Source: Candidatus Hydrogenedentota bacterium (GTDB lineage: Bacteria; Hydrogenedentota; Hydrogenedentia; Hydrogenedentales; SLHB01). From it: DNA of 64,000 nt. The stretch is taken from contig CAVUWV010000010.1 in the NCBI GenBank assembly GCA_963745075.1, positions 1 to 64,000 on the forward strand. Reading direction: 5' to 3'. The notes under the pieces are model-generated. The model worked only from the letters and a program-made list of their open reading frames with translations, was not told where the DNA came from and did not search any database. Positions within the stretch are counted from its first letter, which is position 1. The number at the start of each line of letters is the position of its first letter. Below, piece by piece: positions 54,563-64,000 of this stretch. The position numbers and the translations under genes are program-made.

Positions 54563-55756
54563 TTACGGGATGATCGACTCCAAGGCCGCCATCATCGCTG
54601 GTCCGGCTTCGGGACCCGGCGACATGCTCACCAGATACTCGGCATAGGGCATGGTGTCGCCCTCAAAATATTCCGGTTTCAAAATGTAACCCAGTTCATC
54701 CAGTCCCAACCCGACGACGAGTTTGGGGCCGCTATCCATTAACTCTTTCGTCTTCCAACCATGGATCGGCGATGTCTCGCCCGGATGTGTGGCAATCTGC
54801 ACCGGGCCAATCGCGATCCACGCCACCTCGGTTTCCACCGTATCGCCCATGGGCCGGTCGACGATGCCCAGTGCGCTCAACTGTTTGAACCCTTCATTCG
54901 CGACGGGAATCGTGAAGACCTTATTCGCAAAGCGCATCGTAGTATCTTCGACCGGGTTCATATGCTCCATGGCGGCGAGCACGTCGGCGGCAAACCGTTT
55001 GCCATAATCCTCCGCCAGGGCGAAGGTCCGTTCCGGCGTGACGGGTTGAATCCAGCCGCCGATGGCGCCCTGCAAAAACAGATGCTCGCCGGGGTACAAA
55101 CCACTCATTTCGTCATAGAACGCGCCTACATAGTCCGCACTTACCTCGCTGACCGTCCCATCGGTGCACGTGGGATGGCAGGCGAAATTGGTCAGCGTGG
55201 CGATATTCGCACCGTCCGCATCGAGGCATTGTAGTACCACAACGCTCCTATCGACAACGCCCGCTTCGCAATCGTTCACCACCCAGCCCTCGCCAGACTC
55301 GGTTTCCGCGAAACGCAACGTCGCCGGCTGCCGCGACACCGTAGCCGCCGCAACCTGCGTAGACGCGGTCTCGACCAATCGATCCACGTACTTCGGATCC
55401 ACGCCGGAGGTCGTATCGTCAGGTCCCCAAATTCCAATCACGTCGGGACCGGCATGGGTGTGGGAAGACACGACGATAACCCGGTCTTTCGGCAGCGCAA
55501 TGTTCTGAACCTTCTTTGCTACCGCTTGGCGAATTTGCTGAACGACGGGGTAGGGGAGCCCGATGCAATCCACCGCGACAAGAGCGATCGGCGTTGCTCC
55601 GTCGTCAAACACGACGGACTTGAGGTACAGATCATCGTGAACGCCGGTGAATTGCCGGTTCTTCCGATCGCCCGCGATAAAGGCGCCTGCGTCCGGATCG
55701 ATCGTCGTGGAAGCCGCTCCGACGAGGAACGGATGGGTTGCCCTATTCGCACTCAC
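54563..55756 (-). CDS. Neutral/alkaline ceramidase-like protein (start uncertain)
   Basis: 'GVHDDLY', 'SHTHAGPD', 'NFACHP', 'SADY', 'HPGE'. Confidence 0.75.
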   Translation of the reverse strand: MSANRATHPFLVGAASTTIDPDAGAFIAGDRKNRQFTGVHDDLYLKSVVFDDGATPIALVAVDCIGLPYPVVQQIRQAVAKKVQNIALPKDRVIVVSSHTHAGPDVIGIWGPDDTTSGVDPKYVDRLVETASTQVAAATVSRQPATLRFAETESGEGWVVNDCEAGVVDRSVVVLQCLDADGANIATLTNFACHPTCTDGTVSEVSADYVGAFYDEMSGLYPGEHLFLQGAIGGWIQPVTPERTFALAEDYGKRFAADVLAAMEHMNPVEDTTMRFANKVFTIPVANEGFKQLSALGIVDRPMGDTVETEVAWIAIGPVQIATHPGETSPIHGWKTKELMDSGPKLVVGLGLDELGYILKPEYFEGDTMPYAEYLVSMSPGPEAGPAMMAALESIIP

Positions 55757-55799
55757 GTTCAATCCACGCACCCCTATGCATACCGGAGGAAACGTATAC

Positions 55800-57157
55800 C
55801 TAGCGCCGCGGACCCCAGTTCGGACCCTGACTGCGCACATTGATTCGAGGGATTTTGCGGTTTTCTCCGTTCGCCAACGTCACGGTCCACAGTTCTGCCG
55901 AGCCGGTACGCGTAGAACTGAACACGATGTGCCGCGAATCCGGCGACCAGCTTGGAGATTCGTTCGATCCGCCCGAACTCGTCAGTTGCTGCGGATCGCT
56001 GCCGTCGGCGCCCATGGCGAAAATCTCGAATCCCTGACCGCTCTTTTCAACGACATAAGCGATGTGCTCCCCATCTGGGGACCAAGCCGGATCGTACGAC
56101 TTGCCGCCCTGAAACGATACGCGCCGAACGTTGCCGCCGTTCACGTCCATGGCGTAAATCTGCGGCGTTCCGCCGCGTTCGCTGACAAAAGCGATTTGCC
56201 GGCCGTCCGGACTGAAGCAGGGGGAAGAGTCCACCGCGGGATCGTTCGTCAGCCGCTGCTTGTTCGATCCGTCCGCGTTCATGATATAGATTTCCGAATT
56301 GGCGTCCTTGCTGAGCACCAAGGCGATGCGCTTGCCGTCCGGCGACCATGCGGGGCCGCTGTTCATGCCGACTTCCTTGGACACGGCTGTCGAAACGCCG
56401 GATGCCAAGTCGAACACGTACAAAAATTGGTACCGGTCTTTGTACGACACATAGGCAATTTTCGTTCCATCCGGGTTGAACACGGGGAGGATGGAAATGG
56501 ACCCGTGTTTCGTCAGTTGCGTCTCGTTGGCTCCGTCGTAATCCGAGACGTAGATTTCCTTCTTGCCGGTCTCGCCGCCGCTGAAACAAATGCGCGTCGT
56601 TGCGATCCCGGCGGTACCGTCCAGGTATCGGACAATCTCATCGGCGAACTGGTGCGACACCAGCCGCGACCACGATTCCTCTGCCGCCAGGCGCTTACCG
56701 ACGACTTGTTGCCCGGAAGCGACGTCAAACAACCGGCATTCCGCCGCGAGCTGGCCACCCGACGTAGTCACGTAGACATGAACGAGGAAGTCCGCCGTGG
56801 TCCCACGCCATTGGTCGAAACTGATCTGCGTGGCGTCGCTGGTAAAACCGGCAAACCCGGGGGGAACTCCGGCCGTGGCATCACGCGGATCAGTCCCGTG
56901 AAATCCAGGTCGTCGGATAACACCTGCGCCATATCGGCCCCCAGCGATTCCGAACCGGGCGCCGTAACAAACGATGGAACTGCAACGGGAATGCGTTTGT
57001 CGGAAGGTCCACGGCTGATCGTACCGGTTACCTTTTCTCCGTCGGCCGGTGCTTGCGCATACGAATTCTGGGCCACCATGACGACGCAGACCATAACAAC
57101 AGGCACGAGTGCTCGCAGGATTCTCACGATGTTCTTCCTCCCAAATATCTCTACCAT
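55800..57157 (-). CDS. tolB: TolB beta-propeller protein, frameshift near 56865
   Basis: N-terminal 'IPVAVP..DDLDFTG', 'HQFADEI..GTAGIATTRI', PD40 repeats 'PAWSPDG'. Confidence 0.88.
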
Positions 57158-57975
57158 TGCGGAATGAAATTATAGACCACTTGCACTTCCGGTTGGCTAT
57201 AGCCATCCGGCAGCGGCGGAAACGGAGCCGCCGCTTTGACCGCTTCAACGGCCGACTTTCCGATGGCCGGGTCGAGTGCATCCTTCATGACTTCGGGCTC
57301 GCCAAGCAAACGTCCGTCGCGGCTGACCCAAAATGATACTACGGCTTCATTGTTCTTCGGATCGATCCGGACGCCCACGGGGACCTGCCAGGCCCGCTCG
57401 ACCTTGCGCTGAACCAAACCGCCCCACGTTCCCAGCACCGTCGGCAGCGCCTGCTTGATGCTCACACCCGGCTTGGCGGTCGGTTGTGGCGGTTGCGGCT
57501 TCTCGACCGGCTTGGGCGGTTCCTTGGGTGGTTCCGGCTTGGGTTTTTCTTCCTTCGGCGGTTTGGGCTTTTCCTTGGGCGGCTCCGGTTTGGGTTCCTC
57601 CTTCGGTGGTTCCGGCGGCTTTGGCTTCACCTCGGGCGGCTTTGGCTTCGGTTCCTCCTTGGGTTTCTCCGGTGGTTTTGGCTTCGGAGACTCCTTCGGC
57701 GGAGGAGGTGGTGGCGGAGGTGGTTCCGGTTTCGGCTCGGGTTCCGGCGGCGGAGCCGGGGGCTCCGGTTCCACGGCCGGGGCCTCCGATTGGGCAGCCG
57801 GTGGGGCCATCAACTGCACTTCGTAAATGCTCGGATGTATCTTTGGCTCTTTGTGCAGAAAGAACCACGCGAACGCGGCAATGGCGCCCATGTGGAGGAG
57901 TACCGATACCACAATGGCCCGCCGAAGCCCTGGCGACGTATGATGGAGCCAATAGTAATCGTAGCGATCTTGCAT
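57151..57975 (-). CDS. TolA/TonB-like proline-rich protein
   Basis: Transmembrane segment with 'SVLLH', EPKP repeats, C-terminal 'DPAIGKSAVEAVKAAAPFPPLP'. Confidence 0.82.
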   Translation of the reverse strand: MQDRYDYYWLHHTSPGLRRAIVVSVLLHMGAIAAFAWFFLHKEPKIHPSIYEVQLMAPPAAQSEAPAVEPEPPAPPPEPEPKPEPPPPPPPPPKESPKPKPPEKPKEEPKPKPPEVKPKPPEPPKEEPKPEPPKEKPKPPKEEKPKPEPPKEPPKPVEKPQPPQPTAKPGVSIKQALPTVLGTWGGLVQRKVERAWQVPVGVRIDPKNNEAVVSFWVSRDGRLLGEPEVMKDALDPAIGKSAVEAVKAAAPFPPLPDGYSQPEVQVVYNFIPQW

Positions 57976-58525
57976 AAGATGGAGAGACGTTTCTACTCCG
58001 GAATTCTCCCACGCACCAAACGTCGAATCGGTGACCTTTACCCGCTCTGGGCCTTCACTTGCTGGTCCGAGGGTTTTGGGTTCACAGTGTGCGTGTGAGA
58101 ATTCCTGACTACGTGACTGCGATTTACGATAGCGTCCCGTCCGTGCTCGAAAATGACCGTGGAGCCCTGGCCCCCATCGGGGGCTAATCGGTCGCTCATG
58201 GACCTCGCCAATCGCGCCCGAGTATCGCACAAGCGGTGCGCCCGTTGCAACGAACTGGCCCACGTGAAATACCACATCTACTGTATTTCCTGGCCAAAAC
58301 CACTATAATTTGTAGTGCAATCCCCTTGCGCTATACAATCCCCGTAACCTGCCCAAAGTTGCCGCGTCTCGGGTGGATTTGCACAAAACCGTTGACTAAA
58401 ATACGCGCTATGTCATGGCTGAGCGGCAATCAGAACCGTATTCACACCCGGAAACCGCCAAAAGCGGACCTTGCGGTTCCACGCATTCGCCGCAGGACCG
58501 AATCCCAAACGAATCAGCTTCTGGC

Positions 58526-60160
58526 ATGAGCGATACGTCCATCATGAAGTCGCCGTCCCGGATTTCGGTGTCGTATCTGCTCAGCCTGTACACGCGCACG
58601 ACGCTCTGGTACCTGCTGTTTGTGGCACTCTTTGCCGCCGTCGGCATCGAGTCCATCTACATGAGTCCAACGCCGTTCCACGCACTGCTGTTCCCCGCTT
58701 CCGAAACCTGGGGAGGACCGGTTCTGGTCATCGGCCTGATGGGCGTGGCCGGCGTCGCGCTCACGCGGTATGCGTCGCCGGGACGCGCGCTCGCTCCCCA
58801 TCGCAAAGCGCTAATCGCGGGCTGTGCCTTTTTGTGGGTTGCTCTCTTGACCGGCATTCTTGCGAAGAACCCGAACCTGCAAAACGGGACACAAACCATG
58901 TGGGCTGCGCTATGGGACGGCGCCCGTTGGCATTTTCCCTTTCTGGTCGTTTCGGTTGGGGGTGCTGCCTTCGGAATCTATTGGTTGAAAGGCCATCCTG
59001 CCTTTTGTGATGAGACCCACGTATCGTCCACTCGCCGTGCCGTGATCGCGATCGCGGCGTTTTCCATCCTGTTCTCGATCTCCGTGGCCATGATTCGCGG
59101 CGGTACGGACGGCATCACCGACGCGTACCATCGGCAGACCTACGAATACATCGGCGACATCGGGAGCCGAAGCAGCATTCGGGCCTTTCTGCACGACTAC
59201 AACGATCTCCATGACTACTTGTCCATGCACGCCAAAGTGCACCCGCCGGGGCCCGTGGTCATGCTCTGGCTGATGTCGACGGTGTTGCTGACGACGAGCC
59301 CGCTCGTTCTGTCGGTCGCCACGATCGTGGTCGGCAGCACGGCCGTCATTCCACTGTTCCTTTGGGTTCGCGATATGGTCCACGCGCGCGCGGCGTTCGT
59401 CTGTTCGCTTCTCTATGTGCTGGTTCCGGCCATCGTGCTATTCACGGCAACCAGCGCTGACATTCTGTTCATGCCGCTCACGTTGTGGTGCCTGTTTTTC
59501 TTCTGGCGGGCGATTCATCGGAATTCGTGGAAGTGCGCGTTGGCTGCGGGCGTCCTGTACGCGTTGATGTCGCTATGCTCGTTTTCCCTGTTGGCGATTG
59601 GGGCCTTTTTCGGATTTGTGGGACTCTGGCGCCTGTCCGACCGGGCCCTGTGGATTCCCGTGGTCCGCACCGCCGCGCTGATGATCGCGGGCTTTCTCGC
59701 GATCCATCTCGCCATTCGCTACTGGTCCGGTTTCGATATCATCGAGTGTTTTCGACTGTCCAAGGCGCAGTTCGCCGAAGATCAGGCCAACCTCGACATC
59801 TATGCCCCACGCTATCCCGGCTGGACGTTCCGTTTTCTGAATCCCATGGCGTTGTTCTTCTTCGCGGGGATTCCCGTTTCCGTGCTCTTTTGTTGGCGGT
59901 TATGGCGGCCCGAGCCCGGCACGCGGCGATTGTTTCACCTCTTCGCACTTACCCTGATTGCCCTTAACCTTCTGTACCTTGGCCGGGGAGAAGGCGAGCG
60001 CTCGGCCATGTACATCTTCCCGTTCGTCGTAATTCCAGCGGCCCACCTCCTCGATGAATTCAGTCGGCGAACCCGATCGAACGGGCCGCTAATCGCAACG
60101 CTTGTATTTCTCGCGATCCAATGTTGGGCGACCGAAACCTGTCTGTACACGTATTGGTAG
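58526..60160 (+). CDS. GT-C fold polytopic membrane glycosyltransferase
   Basis: Many transmembrane segments, 'HAKVHPPG', 'GEGERSA'; co-transcribed with a GT2. Confidence 0.65.
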   Translation: MSDTSIMKSPSRISVSYLLSLYTRTTLWYLLFVALFAAVGIESIYMSPTPFHALLFPASETWGGPVLVIGLMGVAGVALTRYASPGRALAPHRKALIAGCAFLWVALLTGILAKNPNLQNGTQTMWAALWDGARWHFPFLVVSVGGAAFGIYWLKGHPAFCDETHVSSTRRAVIAIAAFSILFSISVAMIRGGTDGITDAYHRQTYEYIGDIGSRSSIRAFLHDYNDLHDYLSMHAKVHPPGPVVMLWLMSTVLLTTSPLVLSVATIVVGSTAVIPLFLWVRDMVHARAAFVCSLLYVLVPAIVLFTATSADILFMPLTLWCLFFFWRAIHRNSWKCALAAGVLYALMSLCSFSLLAIGAFFGFVGLWRLSDRALWIPVVRTAALMIAGFLAIHLAIRYWSGFDIIECFRLSKAQFAEDQANLDIYAPRYPGWTFRFLNPMALFFFAGIPVSVLFCWRLWRPEPGTRRLFHLFALTLIALNLLYLGRGEGERSAMYIFPFVVIPAAHLLDEFSRRTRSNGPLIATLVFLAIQCWATETCLYTYW

Positions 60161-60177
60161 GGGAGGACTGATTTTCG

Positions 60178-60939
60178 ATGTGGCGTGACAAGAAAGTCTC
60201 CCTGGTCTTTCCAACCTACAACGAAAAGGACTCCATCCGCCGCGCGGTCGAAGATTTCTTCGACTCCGGCTACATTGATGAAATCATCGTCGTCAACAAC
60301 AATGCCGCAGAGGGCACCGACGACGAAGTACGTCAGACGCAAGCGAAGCTGGTTTACGAAGCGCGTCAAGGTTACGGCCATGCGATCTGGAAAGGGTTGG
60401 CTGAATCCTCGGGCGATATTCTGATGATCGCAGAGCCCGACGGCACCTTTTCCGGTCACGACGTTATCAAGCTGCTCGCATACTCTGACGATGCCCCCGT
60501 CGTGTTCGGCACGCGCACGCAACGGGAGTTCGTGTGGGACGGAGCCAATATGGGGTTGTTCTTGAAGTACGGAAACTGGGCCGTCGGGAAAATGGTCGAG
60601 TTCCTTTTCAATACCACGCTGCTGACCGACGTCGGCTGCTCGATGCGTCTCTTCCATCGCGAAGCCTATGAACGCATCGCGCCACAGTTCTCGGTGGGCG
60701 GTTCCGCTTTCGGGCCGCAGATGTTGCTGCTGACCATCCTGAACGACATTCGGTTTATTGAAATCCCCGTGAACTACCGAAAACGGGTGGGGGAGTCGTC
60801 CGTCACCGGCGATAAACTCAAGGCATTCCGGCTCGGCATGTCCATGATCGTCATGATCCTGCGCTACCGGGTACGCTCCTGGTTCGGGCGGAAGCCGCGT
60901 CCGGGTACCAACCCCTACGCAGGCCCCCGAAGCGAGTAA
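60178..60939 (+). CDS. GT2 glycosyltransferase (polyprenyl-phosphate sugar synthase-like)
   Basis: 'VFPTYNE', 'QGYGHA', 'EPDG', 'EIPVNYRKRVGES'. Confidence 0.88.
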   Translation: MWRDKKVSLVFPTYNEKDSIRRAVEDFFDSGYIDEIIVVNNNAAEGTDDEVRQTQAKLVYEARQGYGHAIWKGLAESSGDILMIAEPDGTFSGHDVIKLLAYSDDAPVVFGTRTQREFVWDGANMGLFLKYGNWAVGKMVEFLFNTTLLTDVGCSMRLFHREAYERIAPQFSVGGSAFGPQMLLLTILNDIRFIEIPVNYRKRVGESSVTGDKLKAFRLGMSMIVMILRYRVRSWFGRKPRPGTNPYAGPRSE

Positions 60940-60944
60940 TGAGA

Positions 60945-60975
60945 AAGGGGCGCCCTCGAACGAAGGACGCCCCTA
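60945..60975. terminator. Hairpin between convergent genes
   Basis: AGGGGCGCCCTCG-AA-CGAAGGACGCCCCT, imperfect stem. Confidence 0.5.
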
Positions 60976-61002
60976 AAGGACTGAAAACGGCGATCGGATT
61001 TC

Positions 61003-61698
61003 TTACGCCGCCGGCTTGTCCGTCTTGTTCGCGATGATATCCAGGATCAGTTTGCACATGTCCTGAATCACGTAGTCTCCGATGGTGCTGTGATAGGTGA
61101 TACCGAAATCCTGGCGGTTCATCGAGAGCGTCGCCTGCGCCGTCAGCTTGTCGCCCTCGATGGTGACAGTCGCCGGGAACGTGACCTCTTTCGTGACGCC
61201 GCGGATCGTGAAATCGCCGGTCACTTCGTATCCTTCCGCCGTTTTCTTCACACTCTTCGACTTGAAGGTCGACGTGGGGTAGGTGCCCGGCTTGAAGAAG
61301 TTCTCGTCGCCTTGAAGCTTCTCCGTCAACTCCGGAGCGTCCGAAAACGCGGAGGTCATGTCGACCGTGACGTCGATCTTCATCGTTTCGGGCTTACCCT
61401 CTTCCATGGTGATCGTTCCGTCGAACATCGTCCAACCGCCTTCCCGGGTCCCGATCGGCACCGTCGCATTCCACATGATCGACGAGTAGTCCGGATCGAT
61501 CGTGTAGGTGACTACTTCGCCGCTCGGGGTCGCATTCGGGGTCGCCTCGGGCGCCTCGGTTGACTCGGCCGGCTCCGCGGTCTTCGACGTTTCGGAAGAA
61601 CCAGGTTTTGACGTATCCGCTGGCTTGCTGCACCCCGTGGCCGCGAGGAAAGCCATTAGTATACAAAGTGTTAAGACGAACTGGGTTACGCGTTCCAT
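61003..61698 (-). CDS. YceI-family lipoprotein
   Basis: Lipobox ATGC, 'YTIDP..SSI', 'GDFTIRGVTKEV', 'RQDFGI'. Confidence 0.88.
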   Translation of the reverse strand: MERVTQFVLTLCILMAFLAATGCSKPADTSKPGSSETSKTAEPAESTEAPEATPNATPSGEVVTYTIDPDYSSIMWNATVPIGTREGGWTMFDGTITMEEGKPETMKIDVTVDMTSAFSDAPELTEKLQGDENFFKPGTYPTSTFKSKSVKKTAEGYEVTGDFTIRGVTKEVTFPATVTIEGDKLTAQATLSMNRQDFGITYHSTIGDYVIQDMCKLILDIIANKTDKPAA

Positions 61699-62430
61699 AG
61701 TCTAGCTTCTCCTTCCCGTTCCGTAACGGGTGCTAAAAGTTGGTCGATTGGCGCTTTTCCCCATCGGAGAAACTCGCGCCACGAAGTCGTAAGGAACCGG
61801 TGCCGGAAGTGGAATACCGCTACCCCCTCGGTTCCGAATCATGTTTGTCCGGAGGCTTTAGACCCCGGAATCGCCTCCGGGTTCGAACTTCCTCACGGAT
61901 GCTAGCATTTCGCTCCTTCCTTTGTCTAACCCGGAATTCTCGCACGCGTAACGCGCCGGTTCTGTAAGACCAATCCGCCCTGTGGTTTCAATTTCGTCAA
62001 CCGTGAGCCTACAGTTCTCCTCGAAAGCATTTCTTGCCGCCACCACAGACCATGGGGTGGCAACAGAACGTCTTTGGGGCGGGGAGAAATGCTCGGTCTT
62101 CGACGCGAACCACCGTATCTCGTCCTGGACTCGCCAGGCTCGAAGAAGTCGACCGCGATTACCGCGTGACTCGTCCGCGACAAACTGGCAATATCCTTGT
62201 CGTTTTGGTAATGATTCGAGTCCACTTGAAGCGATCCCGCGACACCACGAAAGGTGTCGTGGAAATCGAACCGAAAGGTGCGCCGATGGGGCGAAACCTC
62301 AAATCGGGCACCACGGAGTGAAAACCCCATTTAGGGTTGATTCCGTGGGGGTAGAAAAATCTTAAGGTCTTATTTTGTAATGAGTTATGAGTTTGAAAAA
62401 TCTCGGCATGGTTCGTGCACTTATACGGTC

Positions 62431-63285
62431 ATGCAGCTGGTCACAGCGCGAATAAAGTTGAATCGCTATTCGGTGTTTATGGCGGCCGTGATAGCCGTGG
62501 TGGTGGATGTGGTTGCCGCCGCGCAGCCGGAGCTAAAGGTCATGCCGGACCCGCAGCCCGTGAATGTCGGCAAGGAGTTTCGGGTGACCTGCGTGGTTTC
62601 GTGGAGCGGGGCTCCCGACGCTTTTACAATCCTGCCCGCGGAAGTTGCCCCAATAGACTGGGGCAAGGTCACGGTGCTGCCCTCGAAAGCTTATGTGCGA
62701 GACGGTCAGAATGTCGTTGAAGAGACCGTCGCGTTCGAGGCCGATAATCCTGGCGAGTATAAAACGCCCGCCATTGAGATTCCGTACCTGCGCCCCGAGG
62801 ACGTACAAAAGCCGGAGAAGCCAGATACCCCAATGCACCTAAATGCTTCTGACGCTCCCCCCAAGCTCAGAGCAGACCCTTTCCCTCTCCTGGTGCAACC
62901 CCACACAACCCCTGCCTGGCTCTTCGGTGTTCTCGGGGCGCTTTCCTTTTGTGTCGCGGCGTTCGTGGCCTGGAGGATCCGCAAGGCGCGCCGTGTCGTG
63001 TCCCCTGTAGAATCCGAACCCGGTCAAGCGCTTGATACGACCGCTGTGTGTAACCGGCTTGACGCCGCCAAACGGAAGCGCGTCGAAGGGGACTTCTACG
63101 GGATGTACCGCGAGCTTGCTGCCGCAGCCAAGCTCGTTCAAACAAAGGAACCCGAATTGGCGCAACGGCTTACAACCCGCACCGAGGAAGTCGGCTATCG
63201 CGGCGCTCGCCCCACGGACGACGAGATGGACGGGGACCTGCGAAGCATCGAGCGACTCTTGGTTGCAGACGAGCCGGATTCATGA
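62431..63285 (+). CDS. BatD-like membrane-anchored hypothetical protein (start uncertain)
   Basis: Signal-like segment, Ig-like domain 'VNVGKEF..PGEYKTPAIEIPY', one transmembrane segment; upstream of moxR. Confidence 0.55.
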   Translation: MQLVTARIKLNRYSVFMAAVIAVVVDVVAAAQPELKVMPDPQPVNVGKEFRVTCVVSWSGAPDAFTILPAEVAPIDWGKVTVLPSKAYVRDGQNVVEETVAFEADNPGEYKTPAIEIPYLRPEDVQKPEKPDTPMHLNASDAPPKLRADPFPLLVQPHTTPAWLFGVLGALSFCVAAFVAWRIRKARRVVSPVESEPGQALDTTAVCNRLDAAKRKRVEGDFYGMYRELAAAAKLVQTKEPELAQRLTTRTEEVGYRGARPTDDEMDGDLRSIERLLVADEPDS

Positions 63286-63546
63286 TGACCGGATTACTTA
63301 TGGTACCATCGCTCGGACGATGTGAAGGGATTGTCAGGCCCGCCAAGCCATCGGTCGACATAGTTTGCGTTGTCGCGTGTAACGTGAAGGATACGGGGCA
63401 AGTCAGGTTGCAACCGGGACGCGCGGTGTATACACCGATAGAATCAGGATTTCGAGCTTTTCGGGACCGCACCAATGGACGCGGTTCGTGATGGAGTAGG
63501 AAGGGCGGGTGAGTCTGCCCCGTTTCGGAGGAGAGGACAAGGTGGT

Positions 63547-64000
63547 ATGAGCGTATCGGTTGATTCAATCCGGCGGAATGTGGAGGCGCAATCGCCGTTT
63601 CTGAACCGGCTGCGCGCGGAAATAGCGCGCGTGGTCGTGGGCCAACAGTACATGATCGACCGGTTGCTGATCGGCATCCTCGCCAACGGCCACGTTCTGA
63701 TTGAAGGCGTACCCGGTCTCGCGAAGACGACCGCCGTGAAGACCCTGGCGCGCGCCATGCAGTGCAAATTCAGCCGAATCCAGTTCACGCCCGATTTGTT
63801 GCCGGCGGACCTCATCGGGACACTCGTCTACAGCCCCAAAGAAGGTGAATTCACGACGAAGAAGGGACCTATCTTCGGCAACATTATCCTGGCCGACGAG
63901 ATCAACCGCGCACCGGCGAAGGTCCAAAGCGCGTTGCTCGAAGCGATGCAGGAACGGCAAGTCACCATCGGCGAGGAAACTTTCCCCCTCGATGAGCCCT
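63547..64000 (+). CDS. moxR: MoxR-family AAA+ ATPase, partial
   Basis: '[14 protein letters not shown]', '[13 protein letters not shown]', '[20 protein letters not shown]'. Confidence 0.93.
   Translation, partial: MSVSVDSIRRNVEAQSPFLNRLRAEIARVVVGQQYMIDRLLIGILANGHVLIEGVPGLAKTTAVKTLARAMQCKFSRIQFTPDLLPADLIGTLVYSPKEGEFTTKKGPIFGNIILADEINRAPAKVQSALLEAMQERQVTIGEETFPLDEP

Noticed and set aside
57455..58098. Gly/Phe-rich and Arg-rich plus-strand ORFs
   Set aside because: They are the reverse complement of the Pro/Lys/Glu repeats of the TolA/TonB-like gene.
61700..62380. Possible genes or an ncRNA between yceI and the BatD-like gene
   Set aside because: Only short overlapping ORFs with no motifs or clear RBS; nothing I can support.

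Overview
GC-rich bacterial chromosomal window. The gene style (DUF1080 proteins, beta-propeller glycosidases, ceramidase-like proteins, 'GCP' lipoboxes) resembles Hydrogenedentota/PVC-like bacteria, but that is inference. Left part (1-27.5 kb): a sugar or sugar-acid catabolic cluster, an SF1 helicase-nuclease, mscL-aroE-aroK, accessory hydrolases, a VapBC pair, genes behind sigma28-like and sigma54-like promoters, and fur-katG. Right part (47-64 kb): tmRNA (ssrA, minus strand, 47121-47478, tag ANEPLALAA), glycosyl/acyl transferases, smpB, tolA-like/tolB, GT-C/GT2, yceI and a partial moxR. The main observation is a tandem array of at least three cassettes (about 6.5, 7.9 and 5 kb) downstream of ssrA. 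Each is bounded by a copy of the tmRNA 3' end (40577, 32643, 27669; possibly a degenerate copy at 12784), and none encodes a recognisable integrase. Each cassette carries its own pair of short direct repeats near both ends, and IHF-like motifs lie beside most att cores. Two cassettes have a small ORF that starts inside the att core and ends in a shared PPx(I/L)Q...WxxLP motif. The cargo is candidate defence/conflict genes (modules 1 and 2) and hydrolases (module 3). Many genes, including aroK and tolB, have single frameshifts that are probably assembly indels. All family calls come from reading motifs by eye; no database search was run.
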